Source of the DNA: Chrysomallon squamiferum
Taxonomy: Eukaryota > Animalia > Mollusca
Length of the DNA: 64,000 bases
Assembly (NCBI GenBank): GCA_012295275.1
Contig: CM022674.1
Span: 17,174,001-17,238,000 of the forward strand
Direction: 5' to 3'
The translations under genes and the position numbers were made by a program. This document shows positions 1-16,935 of the stretch, one piece after another. Under the pieces are notes generated by a model. It had not been told where the DNA came from and did not search any database. It worked only from the letters and a program-made list of their open reading frames with translations. Every line of letters starts with the position of its first letter. Within the stretch, counting starts at the first letter, position 1.

Positions 1-874
1 AACTTGAATAGTACAGCATATAAAACAAAACAAAAGAAAAAAAAATAGAAAACAGAAAATAAAGAATAGGAAATAAATAATTTACTTGGTTTCATATTTT
101 AGCTTAATGCTCTGTATACATCGGAGACAGAATCACATGGTATGATATATCCTTATTCGTTTGTAATTTTCTCTCTTTAAATGTGTGTATTTATATACCT
201 ATCCCGTTATTTATTTACTATTACTATGTATATTCATTGCAAGCAGGCTTTGTTTTTTTAATATATTTTTTATTCCTTTAATACCAGATTGGCGATGACA
301 TTTTACATATTTTCACTATTGATTATGTTATAATGTCTTTTAGTATCCCGACTACAATAGCTTTTATTATTTTTATTACTTTCATTATTATTATTATTAT
401 TATTATTATTGCTGTCCTAATAAATTATTACTATCATTACTACTACTAGTAATAATAATTGTAATACTTGTATTTTACGTTTTCGTCTTTATAATAATTA
501 TGATGTAACAATTATTCTATTTATGTGCATTTTAAATTAAAGGTAATTTGTTATTATTAATACCATTTTACATTACGATATTGATAACAATTACTGTTTT
601 ACATTTTCGTATTGATAATAATTATGATGTAATAATTATTCTACATTTTAAATCCAATGAAATTTGTTATTATAATTAGTATTTCATATTTGGTTATTAA
701 TACTAATTATCTTTAAGGATTATTAATTTTCAGTTAAATGTTTGTGATTAGTTATGAGCGAAATTAGCTTCTACATTTACTGGTAGAGTGTGCCCAGCAC
801 AGGCGTTATTGATCATTGAGGATGAACACTCATTACAAACTGTTTTTTCATTATCTTTTTAATAATTTGTAACC

Positions 875-2090
875 TAACATTAACACTAACCCTAATTCAA
901 ACTCTATTCCTAACACTAAACCTAATCCTAACGAAGAGGTTAAACAATTCTAATGCTAACATTAGTACAAACCCTGATAATAACACGTTTACCGATTATG
1001 ATCAGACTCATAATAAACTTTAAATAATATTCGCACTAACTGTAACCCTAACCCTAACCCTAGTTCAACTTATAAACCTAATCCTACCCAAGTCCCCAAC
1101 ACTAATTGTTACCCTAATGCTACTTCCAGTGTGACCCTCACATCTTTTACACATTATCATAACACTCATAATAAGATTCAAATAACCCTAACCCTAGGCC
1201 TGAGTCTATCCCTAACTTTAAACCTAACCCTATCGAAGTCATTACACTTAAATATAATGCTAACACTAGTACTAACCGTGATAATAAAACTGTATCATAA
1301 GATTCCTAAATAAAATTTAAATAATACTCACCCTAACCCTAGCCCTAACTCTAATTATTTTCCACATTGCCATAACACTCATAATAAAATTTAAATAATC
1401 CTATCTGTAATCCTAACCCTAACCCTAACCCTGATCCTAACCCTAACCCAGCCTCTAGTCCTAACTCTAAACCTAACCCCTTTGAAGTCGTTAAACTTAT
1501 TTCTAATGCTAACTCTAGTACTAATCCTGATAATAAAAATGTTTTTGCAGATTATCATAAGACTCATAATAAAATTTAAATAACACTCACTCTAACCCTA
1601 ACTCTAACCCTAACCCTAACTCTAACCCTAACTCTAACCCTAACCCTAACCCTAACCCTAGCTCAACTTCTAAACCTAATCCTACCCAAGCCCCCAACAT
1701 TAATTATTGCCCTATCGCTACTTCCAATCGTGACCCTCAAATTCTTTTGTATACTATCTTAACACTCATAATAAAATTTAAAAACCTAACTCTAACCCTC
1801 ACTCTAACGCTGACCCTAACATAACCCAGATTCTATCGTTAACTCTAAACCTAACGCTAACGAAGTCGTTAAACTTAAGTCTAATTCTGACACTAGTATT
1901 AATCCTGATAGAAAAACTGTTTTGCAGATTATCATAAGATTCATAATAAACTTTAAATAACATTCAGCCTAACCCTAACCCTAACCCTAGCTCAACTTCT
2001 AAACGTCAACCTCAAATTATTTTGGACATTACCATAACACTCAGAATACAATTTAAATAACCCTAATTCTAACCCTAACCTTAACCATTA
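875..2090. repeat. Degenerate satellite with interstitial telomere-like (CCCTAA)n tracts
   Basis: Recurring taaccc/taactc runs interleaved with recurring spacers (cataacactcataataaaatttaaataa; gctacttccaatcgtgaccc). Confidence 0.85.
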
Positions 2091-4359
2091 ATATAAATTA
2101 TTAATACAGCATAAAATATTTGTCATGATCATCATGGTAATAATAATTTAAAATATACTTTAAATATAGTTATTAGTTCTAGGCAGGGAAAATGTGATTT
2201 CATTGTTCATACAAACAGTATAATATTACACAATTACGTAAGCAAATGACAATGAAAGCTATTTCTGAGAGAAATACACAAAATATTATTTTTTTCTTTT
2301 CGAAAATAATTTTTTCTCTTTCGTGAGAACCAACCAATTACGATTTGTCTGAAATGAACCTTATTTACACTCAGGCTTTAGTCTACGGCATACGAGGAGA
2401 CATTCACACACAATTTAACATAATTATTACAGTTATAACAACACGGAGGATTTACAGTCATGTAGATCGTAATAAAATACAATATATCAAAACATCAGCC
2501 GAAGGATTCAAAAAAATTCATCATAAGATGGCAGAAAATAGAAATCATTTGAAGAACACCAGCTTTTTTAAGAGTTAAATAATTTATTAAACTTACGAAT
2601 ATTTGGTTTATTTTCATTATTAACATTTCTACAAATGTTTTAATGTTGTGGAAAAAAATAGGGGAAAACAGAAATCTGACCCAACATCCCTCAAATACTC
2701 TACCTTCTGCCACAACTGTTTAGAACTGGAAAATACTGTTGTAAGTACAGTATGTGTACATATTTGTTAACATCAGTTTTTATGGTGTTTTTGTTTGTTG
2801 TTTTCTTCCTTTAATTAATTATATATATATATTTGTATGCATGTGCATCTAGAGAAATGAATGTTTAACCATGTGAGTGCTGTTCGTGTGTGTGAGATAC
2901 CTCAACCGCCACACTGGTTTTGAACACAGTAGATGTAACTATATAACTTTCCCCACAGCACCTGGCACAGTCAAGTACACGTTATGTCAAAATCTGACAC
3001 CAAAATAGTAAAACATCTAACTCTTTGGCTTTCATTTCCAGGTTTTCCGGAAAGATTAATTATGTACGCTATATGGGTCAACCAGTTTCGTTCAGAACCG
3101 TGTCCCATGTTGATGTAGTCTGTGGAATGTGTGTTTTATAGGGTTAATTTCCTGGCTTTTGATTTTATAATGACCAGGATTTGGGTTAACACATTTGAAA
3201 ATTAATAATGATTTAAGTGTACGTTTAATATCTTTTTCAGTTTTTATTTATTTATTTCTGTTAATGACACTGGCAACAACACACAAATACACAAACACAC
3301 ACCCACGCACACACACAGTTACACACACACTGAACTTTCATACCTCGGTCATTGACCACTGGTTGGAATGTGAGGTGTATGTCTAAATATACAAACACGT
3401 GTCTCATATCTGTTATATCACAGCTGTTACATAATCACTATAGTGATTGATAAAGCAAGACCCTGTAACATTAGTGCAATAATCACTTAAGAAAACTTAA
3501 TAATTCAGGAACATATCTTCTAGTATACGGAAATAAATATCTTAATTTTTAAAGATTTTGTACCAGTTTTCATACTCTCTGTACGTGTATATCTGAGATG
3601 TATATTTTTGATCTAGTAAATATGTGTTAATATTAATTAACATACCCGTATTTCTATGTTTTATATACTTTGAGATTTTAGTTTTGGTAAGTGGCGTTCT
3701 AAAAGATTTTATTATGATAACGCGTCACAGCAAGTTTTCATGTATGATTGTTATGCACTCAAGAAGTTTTATTTTCATTTTCACTAAATCATATTAATAA
3801 AATACTTTATTTGATTGTTTGTGTATGTCACATGATCGTGGGATTATCGTTGAAGGCTTTTGTGTTGGGATTGATAACAGAGAAATTAATTAATATTCTA
3901 GTATGAACAGTTGAACCTCTATAAGTTGCTTTGTTTAAACTTAAGTAAGTATTATAATGAAAACGATCTCTCTCTCATTATTAACAGTTTAACTTAGTGA
4001 AGTCAACTACATATAAATAGTAATGACAGAGTATGTTCATTTCTTCATAACGCAATTCATAAATTCTTCTCAATGGATTTTTATACAAGAGTAAATTGTA
4101 TAATAACGAGGAAGAACATTGCATTCTGCGTAACTGGGATAAGAGACGGTTTCACTGATACCATACAAACTTACCGAGTTCTAACACATCAACCATGGAG
4201 CACTAGTTAGAATGGAAGAATAGCGATATGGAGCTACGAAAAAGAATAAAATAAAAATAAATATGGAGGCAAAACCCCTGCTAATAATCATCTTTTCTTT
4301 TTCCTTTATTATTTAGCAGGAAAGAGTCTCTTAGATATATACATATATATATTCTATAT

Positions 4360-8160
<3,801 letters not shown>

Positions 8161-11100
8161 TTTTCGCCCACTCAGTAGTCTTAGAGAACAACAAAAAAGT
8201 ACAGTGAGTTATGAACATGTTTAATTCTAGTGTTTTTTAACCAAGCATTAACAAATTGAATTAATAACAACAACAACAGTAACAATAATTGTATTTCACA
8301 CACCTGTATTTTACCTTTCTATGTCTTAATTAAATTGTAATCCCACATATGTGTACATAAACTAGATGACCCTGTAGTAAAACAGTAGACACAAGATAAT
8401 TGTCTTCCTACACAGCTCTTTGGATTTTTTTGCTATCTAGGTATCTGGATTTTTTGGCCCAAAAATGTGAAATTATTTTATCATGACAATTTAATGTAAC
8501 AACAATTTTGATACAAAAAATCTTCCAAGATTTCATCCTGTCTCTTCTAATTATAACTCTCAGTTTTTAAGAGTTTGGATTCTGTTGTTGTGTGGTTGTT
8601 CTAGGAAAGAAAATGTATTTTTTTTCTTGTATTAAATTTCATTTATTTTTTTTCTAAATGAACATTAGCACACATTTTAATAATTTGAAATGTTTTGTGT
8701 TATTCTACTGGCAAGACTGAAAAGTTATATGATCAGTTAAAACAACTGCTTTAATATACAATTGCAAGAATCTAAAGATGGGATACATTGAATTATAATA
8801 AGTAATTGTTTTAAGCGTAATAGATCGATGTACATAGGTAATTCTGCAGTGCGTGTTAAACAACAGCAAATGGAGCTGATGAGTAATTCAGTAAATTATT
8901 TATAAAAGAGAATTCATCTCTGTATCTGTGGTTAATCTTAAATTTATGTCCTCAAATGACAGCAGATATTCACTCAAGTTATTAAGAATTTTTGTTTTCA
9001 CGATGTTCAGCTATGAAATGGTTATACATCCACTTTAGGATGTCAAACTTGTGGAATCATCTCATGTTTTCAGTCAGAATACAGGTAGACATGTTATCTC
9101 AATAACTTGTGTACAGATAAAACTATCATGTGACTGAAACAAATCTGGTATATTACAAATACACTAGTAAATAGAGCTGAACTATCTTTTTTTAAAGTAT
9201 GACTTTTTACTGTACTAGATTTGGTTCATAACATTTTATTTTGTAAATTAACCAGTTCCATCTACATTGATAATAATTAAATAAATAAATACAATTTTAT
9301 TTTAAGCATCAGTTTCAAGTGTGTTAATGACTTTTTATACTGATTTTGGAAAAAATGGCAGTTATAACAGATTTATTTTTGATTTTAATATTTTGTTCCT
9401 CTTGGTGCTTAATTCTTCTTTTTTATTTTTGTTTTTACTTTTTTATTAATATTTTTGTCAAATGACAGAAATTCTTTCATTACAATAGTAATAATAATAA
9501 TAATAAAAGAAAGTCTTACTTGACAATATTATTTTATGAAGCAAGGTAAATCAGTGTGTAAGTTTTGTATTGTTCTATTGACAGGACAGAAGAGTTGTAT
9601 GGTCAGTTACAGACAACTGGTTTAACATACAGCAGCTAATGTCTAAAGATGGGTTAAACTGAATTGTAAGTAAATGTTTTGTTTATTTATAATTAGTTAC
9701 ATTAAAATTTAATGTTATAAGTGTGCAATGTACAGTACAATACAGATAAAACTTTAGTTGTCAAAGCCAGTCTCAGGCTAGGTCCAGGTTTTATTAAAAA
9801 GTAACTTTTCATTCTTGTTGTAGTTTGTTACTTATAATTATTTCTTTAACAGTTTTCAACCTTTGCATAAAATATATTACACTGACTTCAATAAGCAAAT
9901 TTCATATTTGTCTCTGATACCAGAAATAGTTAATAATAAATGAAATTATTTTTTACCTTAGTTACCTAATGTTTCATTTGTTGCTATTTGTTTATTTATT
10001 TATCTACATTTGAAAAATGAAGTAACAGGACTTACTGAAGAGTTTTTAAGTGGAAACTCTGATCAGTGTTCTGTTTCTATTTCCAAGATAACAAAATGAC
10101 TGTCACTTAATTCATTTAAAAAAGAAAATAACTTGATATATTTTCAGTCACTGAATATTCTTGCTTTCTTCAAATATTTAATCAGTTTTCAGCAAGTATT
10201 ATGTAATGAAAGAACCCCAGTTAGGTGACACTAACTTTAATCCAAACATTTTGAGGCATAAATACAGCAGTTTTTACTCATTTTGTGAAGAAAATATTTA
10301 TTTCCAGAGCAGCTGTGTGTTTGTGTATATATATCTTCAATCTGATATAAATTTTTATACTTAGTGTAGAAAAATTATCATTCAGTAATCTATTAAACAA
10401 TTTAAAAACATAATAGAGTAATGACTATTATTATTATTTTGAAAATACATTTACATTTAATGGTTAAGTGAAGGAATACATACTCAAACACAATCATAAG
10501 TTATTATAATTACTCTAGAATCAATGATTAACTTCATGAAATTACTTTAAAACATTTATTTTATTTTCTATTTTTTTAACAAATACATGTATATATATGG
10601 TGTGGAGAAATCATCTTTAAAAAATAAATAATAAATAAAGAAAGTATTTGTACATAGTAAGATAATGGTTGAACACTGTACTATTCGTAGATGTCACTAC
10701 TGTACTGGTTGTGTTTTAAGATGACAGTTTCAAACACTGCACAGATAAAATGTTTCTGTAGATTAACATGAAATCATGAAGTGACCAAGAGTTGGTATTA
10801 AGAATATAGCAGTTTATTGAAAGCTGAAGTCTACAAATTCTCAAAGTATATTTATATACAAACACTCACAATACTGAAGAATAATCATACAATATTTATT
10901 TAATAGATATAGCAGTTTTCTCATCCTGATATAAAGTATTAGACATGTTCATACTGACTTATTCCAAAAAAATTGTTTTAAGAACTTACAGTACTAAATA
11001 AGTAAATAAGTTATGAAATACTTTTAGATTTAAATTAATACAAGTAAATATGAGAAGAGATACTAACAAAACCACAACAAACAGAACATAAGAGAGTGAA

Positions 11101-12089
11101 AATATAGTATACACCTGAAGAAATGTTAAGCATCCCAGTATTGGACATAGGATTTTTAAAATAACTCTTTTGTCATATAATTACCATGTAGTATTTAACA
11201 CCAAACACATTATTCGAAACTGTGGAGCTGAAATGTTAAAGAAATAGGTTAAGAAATCTGTTTCAGAGAGAAAAAATTGCTTAGTGTCTCTAGATTACAT
11301 CTGTAGTTAAAGGATTCAGTGACAAGTAAACATTCAGCCTGTAGGATCCAACTCATCTCTTCAGTTAAAAGTTGGATTTGTCAAATTGTCAACTAAACTC
11401 ATTCCCAGTTCTAAGCTGATTCCACTTCCACTCTGTGCATAAAATGCTCACTGATGACACAAATGTGCTGGACTCATGATTGGCCAAGGCTTGAAGAGTT
11501 ACAACATTAGGTTGGATGTAGAGTGTTGAGCTCACTAATGGACTGATGACTGTAACTGTTGTCAAGCTGTTGTCATATAGGTTTGAGGCATAACTGTTGA
11601 ATGCATCCTTATTTTGTGTCATCTTTGTGTTTATGATGTTCACCATTGTGCCAAGTTGACACTGAATGAGAGATGTGCTAAACACTGGAGTTCAAAATAT
11701 GATATTTGAGCATGCTGCAGTTAAGAAAAACAAGGAAACACCATACAGTGAAATCAGTTGTAACTGACATTCAGAAACATAGAACATCATTCTGTTGTCA
11801 ATCATCACAACTTTGTAATTACTTGTCACATTTTCACTCGTTATGTTCAGGTGTATATTTGTGATATTTTAGTTTGTATTGTTTATATAAAATAATTTAG
11901 TACAGTTGACAAGACTAAGAATATTACTTCAAAAAAATGTTCATTGTATAGTTATATTTGTATTGTTTATATAATTTAGTAATAGGTCTGACAAAACTAA
12001 GATAGGAATTGATTACAATATTATCAATATGATGCTTCACATGAATCTGAATCCAGAACTATCTGAACATGTATGTTTGTAATGTTTAG

Positions 12090-12220
12090 AAAAACGTGGA
12101 ATAACACTAGTAAATCAGAGCAGCAGAACAGCTGAGAAACAGGAACCCACAGTCAGAACCTGCCCCAGTTACCCCATCACCACCCCCTAAAAAGAAGGAA
12201 AAGAACAAATCCAAAATGAG
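12090..12220 (+). CDS. Upstream exon of STAND-ANK gene copy A (partly 5'UTR; candidate ATG at 12216)
   Basis: tttag|aa acceptor and ATGAG|gtaag donor; ATG-AG|C joins in frame with the 12779 exon; paralogous to 62590-62722. The true start codon is uncertain. Confidence 0.55.
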
Positions 12221-12778
12221 GTAAGATTAATTAATTAGAACTATGTTTTTAGGTAACAGTATTATGAAATTGTGTTTTCTTGAGTATTTCTAAATAACAT
12301 GATCAAACACCTCTTTTTTAAAAATGGGGATATCTATTTTAAGCCTTTTTTATTTGATTACTTTAAAAAAATGTTTCAGGCATTTATTTATAGAACCAAA
12401 TTGAGAATACAGTCTATGAGTCAATGCTAGTATTAATATAAGGTACTAGATGTAGGTCTCTAGTAAAGTTTGCAAGATGTAGTAGATATTTGGATGAATG
12501 CCTGCTGATGTAATCTTGAGCTGTTTTCATTTTAGCAGTGCTTAACACCTGATGTATGAAATAGTTTGTACTGTTTGTGGGTAGGTTTAAATGAAACATC
12601 ACTTGTTGTCATTAAGACAGAGTAGAGAGTGAAGTGACTGCAGTGGGTTTCTTTTCTTTTTGTTATCTGACTGTTCCTAAATCTTATGTCTGACCCATAT
12701 AAAAGTAAATAAAATAAGTAAATAAAACAGTTGATTTCTTCCTTTCTATATAAACAATCATTATATTATTTTTTACAG

Positions 12779-12978
12779 CTCAGGGAATATGGATGACAAA
12801 AATGAGAGTTCAGAAGTTTCTTCTAACACAGCAGCTGTTTCTTCTGCAGAGACTGTGACAGCTGTGTCTCTCTTAGACACTATGACAAGTCTATCTCTCT
12901 CTGGCATCACATCTCAGTCTTCCTTTGACATCACTCGTACAGAACATCATTTACAACTACCTGTGTCACAAAGTCGTG
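12779..12978 (+). CDS. S/T-rich N-terminal exon of STAND-ANK gene copy A (SGNMDDKNESSEVSS...PVSQSR)
   Basis: tttacag|ct acceptor, cgtg|gtaatg donor; 200 bp, phase 2 to phase 1, open frame; paralogue at 61571-62040. Confidence 0.7.
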
Positions 12979-13498
12979 GTAATGCACACAGTATTTCAAT
13001 GTACTGATTACTTTTTTAGTAGGAAATTATTAAGAGTCAACATTATTTTTATATTTGTTATAATATAATATTTCAATATATTGCTTATTTTATTGATGGT
13101 AAATTCTAAACTGACAGAAGTACTATTTACATTGGTATAAATACACTCTTTCTATGTATTGTGCAGTTACTTCTTAGGCATTAGTAAATTGACACTTTTA
13201 AAAGTTACATTCATAATGAATTAAGTTTCAAGTATTTACGGCCTTTTTGTTTCACAGATTAAAACAGTAAAGCAAAATACACTCTAGTTACTGTTTTGTT
13301 GCTTCATCGAGACCATTATAATTAATCTTGTATTTACTGTTAAACATTTTAATACTTTAAAGTAATACTTATTTCATAGCACCTGCACATAATCAGTTAA
13401 AAACATTTTTAAATGATATATTGTTATATGCAATAACACTTTTAATAGATTGTATTAATACTGTATTCTGTCCATAAAAATGTATTTACTCTTCACAG

Positions 13499-13585
13499 AT
13501 ACTCAAATAATACAACTTGTACAACCAACAGTAAAAATACGTCACTGTGGAAATGTTCTATTAGGAAACAAAAACAAGTTAATTA
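13499..13585 (+). CDS. RHIM-like exon, copy A: (D)TQIIQLVQPTVKIRHCGNVLLGNKNKLI
   Basis: ttcacag|at ... atta|gtaagt; 87 bp, phase 1-1; core tetrad VLLG at 13555-13566; colinear with the VQIG exon of copy C. Confidence 0.75.
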
Positions 13586-14399
13586 GTAAGTTGAAAACTG
13601 AAACTTTTCTTGTTCTGTACATGTTTAATGGATAAGAGAATACAGATTAGTGTTTTTCTCTCAGACACTTTGCAATTAACAACATCCACATGTGACCACT
13701 TATGCTAAAGGAGACAAGTGTATTTTTTTCTGAGATATAAATATATTTGGCATTCACATACAATATCATTTCCAATACATCACACATTTATTTTTATGTT
13801 GTAGCAGTTTCTAATATTGATATCACCATGTCATCACAAGAAATACATTTGTCAAAAAACTGTAAACATACATAAGTAGCACGCAATAGAATACCCAACC
13901 AATAATTTGCTGAAACATTCAGGAATTTCATATTGTAGAATTAAGAAGTAAATGTACACTGAGATGGTAATGTTTGTGTATGTGTGTATGTATGTATGTA
14001 TTATGTATATGTTTATATATATATGTATCTGTGTAAATATGTGATCTGTGTGTGTGTGCATTTGTAAACTTGATGGAAGTTTTATCCTGTTTTGGTGCAC
14101 ATGATCTTATTGGATGTAAGAAAAAACAGCAGTGAACTACACACGTATACTGATTAATAGACAAACTGAATAACATAGCTAACTCAGTAATTGTTTAGAA
14201 GTAATTTTACCTCTAGCAACTATATAGCTAAATTTGACCATATCAAAATTACTGATTTTTCATTAAATGAAATACTGACTAAATTTTTTGAATCCATTAA
14301 TGTTGCCCAGAACACAAAGCCCACTTGTCATGTGTGACCTATCTCAACCAATAACCAGTACACTATCCAAGGATACTGTGATCTGCTATTTCCTGAGTT

Positions 14400-15179
14400 T
14401 TCTCACCTTTGTTTTTAGAAACTGCTTCTAAAATTGTAATTTTCATTATCTTATGTCAATATGCATGTTTTAGCAATAGCTGGTGATATATGCAAAATCA
14501 CAGACACACACAAACACATTTTTGATACTGTATGCTCTGTATGTAGCTACAGACAGTTTCAGAAATAACATTTGTAGGCTGTGAGTTTAAATACTTTTTT
14601 TTTTTCTTTTTTTTTGCAGCAAACCGAGCACTGGTAGAACGTAATGTAAATATGAGAACAGATAAAAATCTTTCAAGTAACAGAAATACTGTATCAGGAG
14701 ATGAAGCTGTGAAAACCAGTAAGTTAAAAACCAAAACATTCTTAATAGATAACATAAATACATGTCACATTAATCGGTAGTATTTTACCATGAAGCAGTA
14801 TGACCAACACATGCAAACACAGACATAATACATACACACATATATGCCTACCCACTACGAAAAGTGCAGAAATTGTGTGAATGAGTTGTGTACAAAATTA
14901 TGTGCTATGCTCAATCATAGATTGCTCATGAATAAAATTAAACTGTCATTCATCACATCAACAACATTGGCCTGAGTGACTAAGATATATCTCACTTTAG
15001 AAATGTTCTGTTTGGAGACAGAAAATATTTAATTACCAAGTCGAAAACGGAAACTTGTTTTGCCTGCCTGTTTATTAGAATATGCATCAAAATACTCATT
15101 AGTATTTTTCTATCAGAATCTGTGACCTGAACAACATTCAAACAAACATAGACAATACATACATACATGTGTATGTATG

Positions 15180-15226
<47 letters not shown>

Positions 15227-15723
15227 CCAAAAGTCATGAACACATAGATGCAGACATTTAATGTAAAGAATTTTAGACATTTTTTAAAACATATTGATTT
15301 ATTCAATAATACTAACAAATGACTGATTTTATTCATACTGTGTGCAGTGGATTTACATATGGATCTGAGAAATAATGCTTGTAATTTGTGAAATTGAACA
15401 AGTTAATCCTGAGGCAATCAAATTAGAACAGTTACTTATGGAAAATGTCATAACACATGTTAATGCTGGCCAATCAGTAATTTAAAAATTTCACAAATCT
15501 GTGAGATCCAAAGCTGCCTTCCTAACTCCCACTGGACAATTTGAAGAAACTTAAGTCATGGACTACCTAGGAGTACTTATAATTTGGAACTAAATGTTTG
15601 AAGTTTATGATTTGTTAATGTTTGTAAAATAGTAATTAAAATAACAATAATTATAACAAATGTTACGCCAGCGCAGTTTTGTTGGCACACTTTTGTGCTT
15701 ATGTCCTTATTATTGTCTCACCC

Positions 15724-15760
<37 letters not shown>
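14400..15760 (+). repeat. Diverged direct paralogue of ~19630-20540 (intron of the STAND-ANK gene)
   Basis: Colinear from tctcacctttgttttt to the (CA)n tract, except for a ~450-bp segment missing in the second copy. Confidence 0.88.
14620..14718 (+). CDS. 99-bp linker exon unique to copy A: (T)NRALVERNVNMRTDKNLSSNRNTVSGDEAVKT
   Basis: Long polypyrimidine tract + gcag|ca, acca|gtaagt; phase 1-1, open frame; deleted in the homologous introns of copies B and C. Confidence 0.65.
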
Positions 15761-15761
<1 letters not shown>

Positions 15762-15768
15762 TTTTCAT

Positions 15769-15968
15769 NNNNNNNNNNNNNNNNNNNNNNNNNNNNNNNN
15801 NNNNNNNNNNNNNNNNNNNNNNNNNNNNNNNNNNNNNNNNNNNNNNNNNNNNNNNNNNNNNNNNNNNNNNNNNNNNNNNNNNNNNNNNNNNNNNNNNNNN
15901 NNNNNNNNNNNNNNNNNNNNNNNNNNNNNNNNNNNNNNNNNNNNNNNNNNNNNNNNNNNNNNNNNNNN
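15769..15968. other. Assembly gap (200 N)
   Basis: Run of N. Confidence 1.
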
Positions 15969-15993
15969 TTGGTACTTCAGTTCAGTTACTATT
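15969..15993 (+). other. Probable Oxford Nanopore ligation adapter remnant at a contig end
   Basis: ttGGTACTTCAGTTCAGTTACTATT resembles the adapter AATGTACTTCGTTCAGTTACGTATTGCT; the first ~17 nt are absent from the otherwise near-identical duplicate at ~29950. Confidence 0.7.
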
Positions 15994-16325
15994 TTTATTT
16001 TGTGAATCAACTAACTTTAGTTCAATCTTCAGTTTACATTTTTTCTATCAATTAACTGTTTCTTTAATTAATAGATGAAAATGAACAAATGGTGTTTGTC
16101 TATCACTTGTTACACATCCCATTTGTTGCATACCTAGTAGTAACAGCTGAAGTGTAATTAAGTCATTTCCAGTAATATTAGTGTAATAGTTACAGTGCTT
16201 TTCATTTTATTAATACAAAAATACAACTTTATATATAGTAATAATAATAATAGAAAGAAAGAAAGAAAAAAGCTTAGGAAAATATCTTCTAGTACACAAA
16301 AGTAAAGATCCTAATTTTCATATAG

Positions 16326-16370
<45 letters not shown>

Positions 16371-16849
16371 ATCTGTTATATCTGGTATATCTGTTCTTGT
16401 TTTTAATAATTTGAGGCACTATAAATCATAGATAAATTATTTTTTGAACTAAGATTGGATAAAACAAAATATGTTGATGATGATGATAAATAAATAAATA
16501 AAACATATCTTGAAGTATACATAATGTATTTAGGCTATTTAATTGTATGTAAACAGCGTCATAAATTGTGGACTCTTACCTACAGTACCTTTCCCACATG
16601 GGTAGATTCTGAATGCGAAACAAAGATTTCAATTTGACTTCCGATTTGTTCATGGTAGAGAAAATTATTTTATCACAGTTTTCACCTCCTCGTCTTCGGT
16701 CAAGTCATCAAGTTTTAGTTTCACCAGTTCTACTGGTTGGTAACAGTCTAGAGGGAACCAGTTGTCTGGGAGAGTTGGTGAACGTGGAAACTTCTTGAAC
16801 GAAAGACATCGATGAACTCTGCATTTTATTATATAATAAAAATAAGTAA

Positions 16850-16935
<86 letters not shown>

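Noticed and set aside
875-2090. True telomere
   Set aside because: The hexamers are degenerate, interrupted by complex spacers and flanked by non-telomeric sequence.
3028-3055. ISRE/GAS-like motifs (CTTTCATTTCC, TTTCCGGAAA; also GGAAATGAAAG at ~47302)
   Set aside because: Short motifs expected by chance in AT-rich DNA and not tied to a defined transcription start.
2901-4196. Possible - strand gene: ATG exon 4196-4175 (MVDVLEL) spliced to 3119-2901
   Set aside because: Splice phases fit, but the second exon has two in-frame stops and no recognisable homology.
9585-9665. Candidate upstream exon of copy A (acag|g...t|gtaagt), with a degenerate duplicate at ~8715-8800
   Set aside because: Stops in all three frames; at most a 5'UTR exon, and unsupported without transcripts.
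15660-16078. ORFs spanning N runs (also 33226-33573)
   Set aside because: They are open only because of the assembly gaps.
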